Notes under the pieces: generated by a model | Seen by the model: only the letters and a program-made list of their open reading frames with translations | Databases searched by the model: none | Told to the model about the DNA's origin: nothing | Translations under genes and position numbers: made by a program | In this document: positions 11,844-25,105 of the stretch, piece by piece | Layout: every line of letters starts with the position of its first letter | Numbering within the stretch: position 1 is the stretch's first letter | Source of the DNA: Trypethelium eluteriae | Lineage: Eukaryota | Direction of reading: 5' to 3' | NCBI GenBank assembly: GCA_051942245.1 | Contig: JAVECL010000101.1 | Coordinates: forward strand, 1 to 53,525 | Length of the DNA: 53,525 bases

Positions 11844-14800
11844 ATGGCAGAATTGGTCGCTACCTTAGGCATCATATCCTCTGTCGGCTCGATCATCGAT
11901 GGCACTACAAAATTGATCGGATATATCAATGAAACCAGAAACGCCTCCAAAGATGCAAGGGACTTCCGTCAGGATGCGATCGAGATCCAAAGTCTCATGT
12001 TCCGTCTGAAATACAGACTGGAGGATCCTGACACATCGCAGGCCTGGCTCAAAGAGACGACGCGGCTGGAACCGCTCGTTGACAATCTGAAAGACGCGCT
12101 GTTGGATTTTGCCGATGAAATTCAGCCCGTTCAAGGGGTCAGAAAGGTTGGCCGTCGCCTTCTGTGGACCCTTAAGAAACAAGACATCCAGCCGATCCTC
12201 AATCGTATCGAGCGCCTAAAGAGTCTGATCAACTTGGTACTCACCGACAATCTCCTCCAATTCGGGTGGGAACTCAATGCAGCGATCAAGGGTGAGGTCC
12301 TCCCCAAGCTTGAACGTGTTGAGAGCGGGCTCGAACGAGTTGAGGGTGGAGTCAAACGGGTTGACAGCGGAGTCAAAGAGCTGCAAGGTCAGGCGAGACG
12401 ACAACGTCACCATGCAATAGTCGAGTTCATTGCCCCCTACGACTTTGCCACCAAACATGGCAGCGTACTTTCACAATGGCAATCAGGGACTGGCCAGTGG
12501 TTCCTGGATGCTCGCGAATATCGGGACTGGATCAAGAGCGAGCCGCGAAAGGGTAACACCTTATGGTGTCCAGGCATTCCAGGCGCTGGGAAAACCACCA
12601 TGGTCTCCGTCGTAGTTGACGACCTGCAGCAACGATTTCGGGAAGACGAAGAAGCCGCAATTGCATTTCTTTACTGCGACTATCGAGAGCGTGAAACCCA
12701 GACTCTGCAGAATATGTTGTCGAGTCTCTGGAGGCATTTTGTCCAAAAACGTCTCCTCAACAATGCCGAGTGTGAGACTCTGGAGAAGAACTTCTTGAAA
12801 CGAAATCAGAGACCCCAAGCAGCGGAGCTACTGAAACTCCTTTATGCAGAGATGCGAAAGTACAGTAAGGTCTACGTCATATTGGATGCACTTGACGAGT
12901 GCGAGAAGGATCATGGCACAAGATTACTTAAAGAACTGAGGGCTTTCCAGCCGCTCGTGCGCATACTCATCACCTCACGGTTCCCTGTCGGCGAGGACTC
13001 GGCTCTTTTCGATACCACCGAGCAATTGCGGATCAGAGCAAGTACTGCAGACTTAACGGAATACGTCGATAAGCGTATCGAGAGTGAGGCTAAATTAAGC
13101 AATAGCGTAAGGAAAGACCCGAGCCTGGGACAGATCATTGCAGATACCATAGCCGAGAAGGCTCAAGGAATGTAAGTCTTCATCTCTATCATTCAAGCAT
13201 ACAACATATTGGCTTGTTGGAGTCGCGACAAATGGCACGATGCAGCTTTACAACTACGTAGTCGCCTTTCTTATGCATTGCTCTAGGTTCTTGTTGGCAC
13301 GATTCCACATGGACACGCTTCTCGAGGAACACACACCAAAGAAGGTTCGCAAAGCTTTGGCAGCATTACCGCAGGGCGAAGACGCTCTCAAGACAACATA
13401 CGATGACGCAATGCGAAGAGTAGAAGGCCAGAACAAGAAGGATCAGCAGCTTGCAAAACGCGTCATCGGCTTCATATGTTATACGAAGCGACCACTCACT
13501 AAGGCGGAATTGCAACACGCACTTTCCGTGGAGGAAGATGACGAGGATGAGCTTGATGATGATAGTCTTGTCCCAGAGAACTTACTCACTTCCCTGTGCG
13601 CAGGACTGGTTACGATAGATGAAGCGATTGGAATCATTCGGTTTGTGCACTACACAACACAGGAGTATTTTGAGGCCGTCCGAGAGAACCTATTCCCGGA
13701 AGCCCAATTGGACATGGCCAGAACTTGCTTGACCTACCTTCGCCTCGAATCGTTCAATGTCGACGTTCCCGACGGTGACGGTGGCGTTGGAGATATGATA
13801 AGAAAATACCCTTTTCTGTCCTACGCTTCTCTCTACTGGGGCCACCACGCAAGGGAATCTATCAACCCCGACGACGAGGATTCTAATGAAGAAATTGTGG
13901 ACTTCCTCAATCATCGAAAAAACTTTAATTGTGCAACTCGAGTCTTGCTTCTTCACCCTTCAGGAAATATCTCGCTAGTTTGGTATCATGGCAAAGGAAA
14001 GGGTGATTTCAAACCTTTGAACATTGCAGCGTATTTTGGTCTTAAAGGAGTCGTTTCGAAACTACTTGAGGACCTGGAGGTCGACGATATCGAGGAATCG
14101 GGCTATGTTCACTCTGACGATAGCTTTCTTGGGAATGCTTTACACTGGGCAAGCATAGGAAACCATGAGGATGTATTGGAGCAGCTTTTGGATTTGCCTG
14201 GCACAAGCAGCATCATGAATGTCTGGGGACCGAACGGAAGCACAAGTCCATTACACGAAGCGATTAATCATCGACGAATGACGGCCGTACGTCTACTTCT
14301 CGAACATGGAGCGGATGTCTTTCAGATACGCGACGATTATGGTAAGCAAAGTTGCCTCGAACTAGCAATTCACACGTGTCCGATCGAGATCATCAAGATT
14401 CTCCTTGAAGCGGACAAGGAACGCAGATTGCTCAAGATGAATCAATTTATGAACACCTCTCCCTTCCATATTGCGGCAGGCCTCAACTACACAGAGGCCC
14501 TCCAATTCATGCTTACTTTGGGAGATGAGGCATATGGAGAGAACATCTTTCGCTATGAAGACATCATTGATAATCATCAACGATGCCCACTCCACTCGGC
14601 TGCCGAACACGGCGCTGCAGAAGCTGCGCAAGTCCTCTTACGGCACAGGCTTAGTGATAGACTTCTTGCAGTCCGAGACAGAAATGGTTCAAATCCATTC
14701 CACATCGCTATCATACAGGGAGGCTGTGCTGTTACGAAAGCGTTTCTAGATATCAAGGGCATCTCATTACTGGACGAGAAGATTGGAACAGATGGCGGAT

Positions 14801-15930
14801 TGCATCTAGCCACGCGCCGGGGCGAGGCTGATATTGTGCAGCTTCTGCTGGAATTGGCGCCCGAATCCTACCACGTGAATGAAAACAACTCTATTCTTCA
14901 CAGTGCTGCTTGTAGCGGTTCAGTCCAGACGGTAAGGGTTGTGTTGGATGAAACTGGTAACTCGCTGCTGGAGCGTTCCGATCGGTATGGGAAGACACCC
15001 CTCCATGATGCGACAATCCGCGGACATACAGAAGTCGTCGAATTTTTGCTTTCGAGAAAAGCGAACGCAGATGCAACAGATAATGGAGAAAGGACTTCTC
15101 TGCACTACGCCGCAGTGGGTAGCTTTGATAAACTCATCAAGCTGCTCGTGAAAGCTGGCGCTACCCTTGAAGTCAAAGATTCGGAAGGGAATACGCCCTT
15201 ACTCATGGCAATAAGGCAGAGGGCGGTAAGCTCTGTTTACACCCTACTGAAATCCGGAGCCGAGATGCCCGCTCTGGACGAAGACCTGAAAGCCTGGATT
15301 TGTGCACAATCGTGGTGGAGGGAGGATGGTCAATACACGTCCGAAGCAGCTGACTACTATCCCGAAACATCAGACGACGTCTTCCAAGTAGCACACGACC
15401 TCCAACGAGGCCTGGAGTTCCCCAAGGAACTCGTACACCAGATCCTCCACGACGGTGAATACTGGATTCGGAGCGACGTCCAACGTGCAGAACAGCAGCT
15501 CGTCAATGATTATCATGGAGACGTCGTCTATCTCCAATCTCAGCCGATTAGGGGCAAGAAGGTAGAGAAGATAATCTTTACGATCACGAGCCACGATCAG
15601 GGCTGGAGTGACTTTCAGCATGATCATGGAACTTACAATGGATCCTGGACGTGGTTCTCGGCGTGGAAACTCAGTGGAGCGAATAAAACGCAAGGGCCGG
15701 AGATCCTTCGAAACGTACATGCGCGGCGAGAGCCGAAGACGCATGCAGTATGCTGGCCTCGAAGGGAAGGATACCATTGGCATGGCGCTGACAGCGAACA
15801 AGTTCAAAATGAATGGGTCAGGAGTTTGAAAGAAGGCGACCGCGTACTGATTGTTGCAAAGGCGAAATACCCCGGTTGGACAAATTTCGCAGTTAGGGCC
15901 GAAATGAGCATCTTTACCTCTGTTATATGA
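11844..15930 (+). CDS. Fungal NLR: HeLo-like/STAND N-terminal helical domain, NACHT, winged-helix, ankyrin repeats and an extra C-terminal SHDQGW-motif domain; intron 13172-13286
   Basis: Walker A GIPGAGKT and Walker B VILDALDEC. The GM|FLLARFHMD junction is restored by the GTAAGT...TAG intron. Also RFVHYTTQEYF and many ankyrin repeats (TPLHDA, TSLHYA, TPLLMA). Confidence 0.92.
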
Positions 15931-16030
15931 ACCTAACGAATTTCCTACATTTCTTTAGGGAGATCCCCAGCCGGTTTACTATCAGATACCAAAATACACT
16001 TACAGAATTGAACGCTATTCACGATGACGA

Positions 16031-17833
16031 CTAAATGTCCCTATCGAAGTTTGGCATTCCGAGTCTCTCACGCCATACCTTTCCACGCCACATGAGCGCA
16101 ATGATGCCAAAAAAGAAAAGACTTTGGATGATAGCAAGCACTGCCCACGCAACGCCGAAAGTGGTTCGATGTGCAAAGGGTAGCATGTAAAAGCCAAGAG
16201 TGAAGGAAAACGTCTGTCTGCTAAAATTTAGAAGTGTGCTGACCTCGGCCGATTGTGGCTTGTAACAATCCGTGACGTAGGCAAAGACATTCGTTGAGAT
16301 GATTTGCAAGCCGAAAGCGCCGATACATATACCGACGATGGGTCTGAAATTCCGTTAATGCCGTCCGTAAATAGAAGCTATGTTGCGTTTACTTACCCAG
16401 CCCAATGTGTCTGGTACTGGAAACAAACCCCCTCAATAATGACACCGGCTGGACACAGCAGGAATCCCGGCCATATAGCTGGTAATCGGGCTTCGGGCTT
16501 CTGCTCACCACCAGTGCGCTTCGTGTTGAGGAGCAAAATATAGTCAGAGACCGGGCCAGCGGCCAGTTCGCCTAATAAGGTGCCGGTGAACGTGCTAAGA
16601 CCTGAGGCCATCCCAACTTGCGCGGTATTGAAGTGATAGATGCTACCAAAGGCTGAAGCAGCAGTGATAGCGAAAAGCACACTGCCAGTTCCGAAGGAGA
16701 GGGCATAGTATGCAACGGGCAGCAGGACAGAAGGATATCTCAGCATGATGAAGACATGCGTGAAATCCCAAAGCTTGACTTTGCGCTGGGTCGGCACGCT
16801 ATTGAACGTGAAGAGCTTTCTGAAGGACGAATTTTGCTGATGCGAAATGCCAGTCCTGTTATCGCGGTGGTAGAGTGTCTCAGGGAGGCAGAAGAGATTG
16901 AAAACCCAGTTGGCCGCCCAAATAATTGATGGTAACCAGAAACACCATCTCCAACCTAGGTGGGGATTCAACGCGGTGAAACCACCCACTACCGTGGCTA
17001 TGTGCGCACCATTGGTTACGAATACGACGTAGATACCCATGAACCTCTGGAGTGTTAGCAGATGAAAGAGTGAGGTGGCTTTCGATAGGATCAAGGACCC
17101 ACTTTCCGCGCTCATGCATAAAGTACATATCTATCCAGAATTAGCATTATCCATGGATTGACTCAGGGTATGCTCAGGTTGGACAAACCAGCTACGACCG
17201 CAGCACCTATTCCCATTCCAGCCGAGGTCCCAATTCCCATGAATATTCGAGCAGTGATAATGCTACCCCATCCCTGAGCAGCACCGGATGCGCAATGTGC
17301 TACAATCCCAAGAATTCCAACGGACATGAATATCGTCCTCCTGCCGTAGACATTGCTGAGTGGGGACCAGAGAAGGGGTGAGATACCGGCAAACAAGATA
17401 GGCACAGTCGTTACGTACGACGCCGTGGTCAGGGAGATGTGCTCTGCTTTAGCCAATGGAGCGAACGCGGAGTTGATGACGGCCTGAGTGAAAGGTCCCA
17501 GGAAAGCGAGAAAGGCAGCTTGGAACAGTACAAAAAATTTGTAGTAGAAGCTCCAGTTCAGAGGATCTATCCCATCGTCAGCGTGAATTGAGTATCAACT
17601 TTTCAAAGATGTACAATCATGCGAAAAAAGTGTCCGTTCGCTGGCGCGGGAAAAATTGCTGGGGGTTTCTCGAGCACTTTTTTCCCAGTTCATTACCTAC
17701 CCAAAGGATCGTCTGTTGGCTGGGGTCGTAATGGAAAGCCATATGGATCAAGTTTTGGAGCATGATTGCTGCTTTCATCAAACTTCTCGTCATGCACAAC
17801 GCCATTCTTCGTGTCTGTCTCGATATCGGCCAT
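16031..17833 (-). CDS. MFS transporter (DHA1/HOL1-like), multi-exon
   Basis: PQPTDDPLDPLNW N-terminal signature across an intron, PLSNVYGRR, HERG and KPEARL motifs; several GT-AG introns. ATG at 17833, stop TAG at 16031-16033. Confidence 0.88.
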
Positions 17834-18439
17834 GCTTGAGAAGAAGATGCAATTGATCAAACAATAGGAGAAGGGACGAGAAGGAGATGCATCCAGCTGG
17901 TAAGAACTACTGACAATAATATTATACCCATCTTGGCAATGACAGGCGCCCCGCACAGGATGCTATTGCCCCGTGGGGTTCCAGGCGCGGCCAGGGCAAG
18001 GAGTAGTTCCTGATCGCTGACTAGGTTTCATAAGGCCGGCCGTGAGATTCGGCATTGCTAGGGCCCGCAACGATCGATCAATTGCTGCTGCGATGGTCGC
18101 TGGTTCGGAAAGTTGTTACCATTCGGTGATTCCGTCTCCACCTCTTTGCGTCTGCAGACCGCGCAAGCCCAAAAACGTCGTCACGCTAAACCTCGAGTTC
18201 GAATCAAAGGTGCAAAGTAGTAGAACGGTTGGCTTAGTACCCGTCTTCTCAGCAGAGACGATGCAGGCCATCTGCCTACCTCGGAAGCCTGACGCACGGC
18301 ACTTTAGCCAGTGGTAGCAACTGGTGGTATGCCTGACGCGCTTGTCCGCTGCGTCATGATGAGCATATTTGTAATGTGCTCACTTGCAGCTTCTTGCCTG
18401 AAGTATCTCGAGTTTTTGGGTTGACAATTGGAAAGCTGG

Positions 18440-19793
18440 ATGATGGCTTCGAGACCGGAAGAATCATTTCGCGTCGCAGTCGTCGGTGGCGGCATCGGCG
18501 GCCTCTATTGTGCTCTTTCCATCCATCATCACTGCAAACAATTTCCCCTCGATATCCACGTCTATGAGCAAGCTTCACAGTACAAGGAGATTGGGGCTGG
18601 GGTTGGTCTTGGCATCAATGCCGCTAGGCTCATCCACAAAATCGATCTGGGCGACGAACTGAATGCATGTGCCGGGTATCGAGAAGGCATCTGGATCACC
18701 TTTCGAAAATACAACAATGGCGAGGAAATCTTCACTGTTCCTGTCGGCGACAGTGGTAAGGTGAGGCAGGCGCCATGTGCACGGACTGACGTCCTCGACA
18801 TTCTCCGGACTGGGATTGAAAAGAGAGGAGCAGCAACATTACATACCAAGAAAGCATGCACACGGGTCGAAGTACGATTTGCCTGCTCTGTCATCTCATA
18901 TCACCGCTGAACTCACAATCGCACAGGACGTCGAGAACGGCGTGCGCGTTCATTTCGCCGATGGCACATCCGACTTTGCGAACATCGTGATAGGATGCGA
19001 TGGCATCCACTCCGCCGTCCGCAACCAATTCATCGCCGACAAGCCCGTAAACAGCGGGCAGTACGCCTACCGCGCCGTCATCCCCATCGCCGAACTCCCG
19101 TCACCCTGGCGCTTCCCCACGTACAGCGTGATGTGGGCAGCGAAGCACAAGCACTTCCTCACCTTCCCCATCTCGCGAAACACGCAGCTCAACGTCGTCG
19201 CATTCGTGACGGCATCAGCGGAGGCAGCCGCCGACGTCAAGGAGAGCTGGACCAGCGTCTGCGATCGGCAGGATGTGGAAAGAGACTTTGCGGGATTCGA
19301 TGAGTCGGTGCAGGCGATCATCCGACTGATGCCAGAGAAGCCGAGCAAGTGGAGGCTCAATCACCGTGACCCCCTGGAAAAATGGCACTACTTTGATGGG
19401 AGGGTGATCCTTTTGGGCGATGCCGCACATGCTATGCTACCTCATCTTGGAGCTGGGGCCGGTCAGTCGATTGAGGATGGCTGGGTGCTGGGACGAGCTA
19501 TGGCAGAGCACTTGCAGCAGGCGCACGGCATGGAGACACTGGAGTGGTGCGCGCAACTATACCAAGACGTGCGGAAGACTCGAGCGCAGAAGACGCAGCG
19601 GACGAGTCGGGCGGCGGGAGATACGTATCAAATGCAGACGGAAGATATGATTGATAAGAGCTTCGAGGAATGTGTGCCGATGATGGCTGAAAGAACAAGA
19701 GAGAGGATGAAGTGGGTCTGGGAAGAAGATCTGGATGAGGCCTATGACAAGACGAGAAAAGGTACTGCTGTGAATGGGTCAAACTCAGCGTGA
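18440..19793 (+). CDS. FAD-dependent monooxygenase, salicylate hydroxylase-like; intron 18872-18926
   Basis: VVGGGIGG dinucleotide-binding motif, EIGAGV, IGCDGIHSAVR (DG motif) and LLGDAAHAMLPHLGAGAGQSIED (GD motif). Confidence 0.9.
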
Positions 19794-20781
19794 TACGGCA
19801 TCTGTATAAGAGCGAAGCAATTGTATGGAATACCTTCCGAATGCTTACACTGAGTATGCCTACCAGACAAACCCTACAGTGCTCTCCCATTTTCGCTTCC
19901 AGCGATATGCATTGCTCGAAGAGAAGTTTCCGATGAGATATCGCCAAAGTCACACCGTCAGGTTGGTGAGCTTCGACGAAGTCGAATCAAGTGGCCATTT
20001 ACCAGAAGGAGTTCAAAGTAACATCAGTTGCTCGATCGATTATGTATTCCGGTGGGTCCGCGATAATGGATGGAGTGCACTGGTTATACGAACCTGATGC
20101 TCACTTAAGACTCAACAAAGGATTGTGCTTATGTTAATGCCGTTGAAATTGGTGACCTGTGGCCAGGCATGGAAAGGCGAACCTGGAGTGCTTCAGCTAC
20201 TCTCGGTGATTTCACGGCCACGACTTGGTTATTTGGGCTTCTTACTTCAAGTTGCGTATTCCGTTTCGTTTCCCTTCACTCCAGACACTTATAGGAATTC
20301 TAATTTCGGCCAGTCACTACAGTACCAGGATAAAACTGTTCGGGCAATCCCCAGCAATTCGTGGCACCAACGAGCGGATTTTTTTTTTTTTCCCGCATGA
20401 CTGTAGTCTTTCCACTTATGGTCGGTGTAGGGAGTCTTCGTCCTCGCCCTGGAAAAGGAGTAAAAGCGCCGACAGCATGAACATCCAGGACTAAGTATAG
20501 CCACTTCAAGACTCTCCAGGGCTCGACTCTGGTATCGACTAACTTGAGAATCATGTGTCTAATTGGTGAGTTCAGAGTTTACTGTCCTGAAGAGTAAGTA
20601 CAATAGGGTATCATCATCTAGCAAGAGAAACTCCGGCCCGATTATATTCACTGATCAATCTATCCCTCTGATCCAACTCGATTACCATTCCCCAACGAGA
20701 ATGACGTTGTCCTCATCTCACGTCGTTCCGCGAACGATCAAACTGCAGCAGGTCCGTTGGCAGTCTGAATATGACCGAAAC

Positions 20782-21330
20782 TCAATTCGAGACTTTGTCC
20801 GGAACGTGCTTGCCCGTCTGCTTCTCAAAAAGTTCCCGAGCCTTGTCCGTGATCTTCTCGTTTATACCGCGGGGTAGGACGTAGCCTGCCTTCTTCTCGA
20901 CAGCATCGAGTGCTAAAGATCCACGTACAAGAGTAAGCGGTGCAATACGACCAAAGAAGCAACTAAGGGAAAACCGGAGATGCGCCAAAGGGTCTGCGAG
21001 GCACAAGCGAGAGTGTAAAGGGTACTTACCCTTATCCAAGAAATCTTCTTTGCCTCCATGGGTTGGCTTGGCAGACTTATGCGTCTTTTCGACCACTACT
21101 GTATGGCCGCCTTCATTCTCGCGACGCTCTGGCGGACCTTCACTCTCGCTACCCGGCGGCGGGCCTTCGTTGTTTTCGTAATCGGGTGGTGGACCCTCGT
21201 TATTATCGTTGCCCGGCTGTGGGTCTGGACCATTGTCATCACCGGGCGGTGGGCCTCCATAGTTGTCGTCATTGGGTGGTCGGCCTCCATTGTTGTCCCC
21301 GCCACCAAACATATTCATAAGCTGGTCCAT
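20782..21330 (-). CDS. Small hydrophilic protein with N/D/G/P-rich repeats and a conserved-looking helical C-terminus; probable intron 20913-21029
   Basis: Splicing GTAAGT...TTTAG joins EDFLDK|ALDAVEKK...NEKITDKARELFEKQTGKHVPDKVSN, resembling a family of small fungal hypothetical proteins. Confidence 0.7.
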   Translation of the reverse strand: MDQLMNMFGGGDNNGGRPPNDDNYGGPPPGDDNGPDPQPGNDNNEGPPPDYENNEGPPPGSESEGPPERRENEGGHTVVVEKTHKSAKPTHGGKEDFLDKGKYPLHSRLCLADPLAHLRFSLSCFFGRIAPLTLVRGSLALDAVEKKAGYVLPRGINEKITDKARELFEKQTGKHVPDKVSN

Positions 21331-21703
21331 TGCGCTTTAGGTTCTAGAGCAAGATATAGATATGCTAGAAACGAAGAATTGTTGTCCAGGGACTCGATGG
21401 ATATAGTGAGGGCAAGTGAGCTGATTGGATACAAGACGCAGGAACTAAGAAAGGTGTAGCTAGAGTGGCTTAGTACTTCCGTAGGACCAGCTATCCCTAG
21501 GCCCGGGATCATGCTGAGTGTAAATGCCCACAACCATGTAAATGGAATGCAGGTATTCTCGAGTCACGTGTGATTGAGCGTGTGAGTGGGAGGCCGAGTG
21601 ACTAAGGTAATCTTACCCAAAATGGTACTAACATTCACATACCCACCTGCATACACACAGCTCTGAAACATGTCTATTTGCCTTTCGCGCGTGACAGTGT
21701 GAC

Positions 21704-22525
21704 ATGGTTTCGTCTGCAAGCGTGCCCCCTGCATTAACAAGAAAATGGAAGTCTCATGATCCGGGACACCAGAGAACTAGCTCACCATCACCACCACAAG
21801 CTGCTAAACCCAACGCTGCATGCGATTCCTGTGGAACTGCAAGAATAAAGTGCAAGGATAGGCTCACTTGCGAGAGATGTCAGAAGCTGCGCGTGCCTTG
21901 TCGCTACAGCCTACCGAGAAGACGAGGAAGGAAAAAGAGACCGCAAAATGTCTCAAAATATCCCCAGCCTCGCCAGCGCAGCGCCTTGAGCAGCCTCTCA
22001 GCTACTGAAACAGAGAATTCGCGCAATCCTAGAGAAGCGGACTCACCGGTTGAGATCGAGTAGCCAGCAGGTGTCGACATTGACGGCGACCTGACGCTGA
22101 GCGGTGCCGCCGGTTACGATGCTCATCTGGGTCTCTACGCGGACTTTCCCCTGCCTCTGCTTGATTTCTCCTTAGCCCTGACTTGACCTCCTGCTGTCGG
22201 TGGGCAGGATTCGATTTCCTCTGCTCCGAAACTTCCGAGTGGGTGTGCATGTTTGAGTACCCAACTGCACTGCATCGCAGACCTCTGCAGCCCCGGAGAT
22301 GATGCTGCAACACTTGGCCTAGATGGGACGCTTCAAAGAGTGCGGAACACCCTTCAGCGGATGAAGACGAGTATCAATTGCACTGGCTGTGTCAGAAGCT
22401 CTACAAACTCTATCCTAGTCATGATTTCAGATCATGTTGGGTGGCATCCAAGGAATAAAAGGGGCGTGCTCGCAATGACGAGTACTCTTCCAAACCTCTA
22501 CATGCGCCTCAAAGTCATTCACTGA
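21704..22525 (+). pseudogene. Zn(II)2Cys6 transcription factor with two in-frame stops
   Basis: Perfect C-x2-C-x6-C-x5-C-x2-C-x6-C cluster. Stops TAG 22061-22063 and TGA 22184-22186; the same frame continues into CAC...LGLDGTL...CTGC (AflR-like C-terminal Cys pattern). Confidence 0.72.
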
Positions 22526-22953
22526 ACTGCAAAGTCAAACATTGTTGTTCATGGAACCATGGAAATAAGAGACGTCTCTAGCAATCTCTCGACTGACTCC
22601 GAAGAACATCCTACGAGGCAACCTGAGAGCCAGAGGACTTTGATGGCAGCATGACCTTTATTCTCGGCGAGGGGAACTTACTCGTCCCCTCGCTCAGGTT
22701 CTTCCAATAAATTCTCTTGAACCTCTCAGCAAAAGTTATTCGAAGCCAACTTATAACATCTCCAATGACGTGCGCACTTTCCTTAGATAGGCTTGGTCCT
22801 ACCGGAGAACATCGATGAAGGCGTTCCAAATTCTGTAAATTGAAAGGGTATTGAGTGCTACCGTAAAGAAGTATGTACAGAATGAACCCAGCAAGCCCCC
22901 AGACTCCAAACTCTCTATCATTCCCGTCATCATCATCATGATGATCGTAAATC

Positions 22954-24585
<1,632 letters not shown>

Positions 24586-24894
24586 CTTGCAAGCACGAGA
24601 CAGTGTTTGAAGTGCTTGTACTGGCTTCTGACACCGATGAAATTCCTTAACAGATGGAAATAATCTGCCTATTTGTACTTCTTCGACTTCCCCACCACAT
24701 CTTGCATCCGAGGGTGAGCTTTCGATACAACTCCATTCAAAGTCCAGATGTCCATGTTACCGTCACGAGCGGCATCGACGTGAGCTTTCCGCGATTGGGA
24801 TGCACATGCTGTTCGAAGCAACCGTAGTAGGGAATGCAGTGGTGGCATCTACCGCTACGTCGGAGCTATCATTTGGAATGTAGACCAATTGATG

Positions 24895-25105
24895 GCGCTG
24901 GAGCTTGTCAACGGATTGCATCCGAACACCAGACGTGACCGCCCCGCAGAAATCCAACTCAAGGCAAGCCTGCCGCGCAGTGTAGCTAGCTGGTCGACAC
25001 GCGTTGGAGGTCGCCAACGGATTGCATCCGAACACCAGACGTGACCGCCCCGCAGAAGCCCAACTCCAGGCAAGCCTGCAGGGCACTGTACCTAGTCGAC
25101 ACGCG
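24895..25105 (+). repeat. Tandem duplication, 106-bp period, 2 copies, upstream of the chitinase
   Basis: Both copies carry the identical core caacggattgcatccgaacaccagacgtgaccgccccgcagaa and end in gtcgacacgcg. Confidence 0.95.

Noticed and set aside
11844..12400. Amyloid signalling motif or adjacent effector gene for the intact NLR
   Set aside because: No N/Q/G-rich HRAM, PP or sigma-like motif, and no neighbouring HeLo, HET or gasdermin gene recognised.
15930..16031. Only about 100 bp between the convergent NLR and MFS stop codons
   Set aside because: Overlapping 3' UTRs are common in compact fungal genomes, and nothing here indicates a regulatory role.
24895..25105. Direct repeats as a CRISPR array or LTR pair
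   Set aside because: Eukaryotic context, only two abutting copies, no spacers, no TG...CA ends and no internal coding region.
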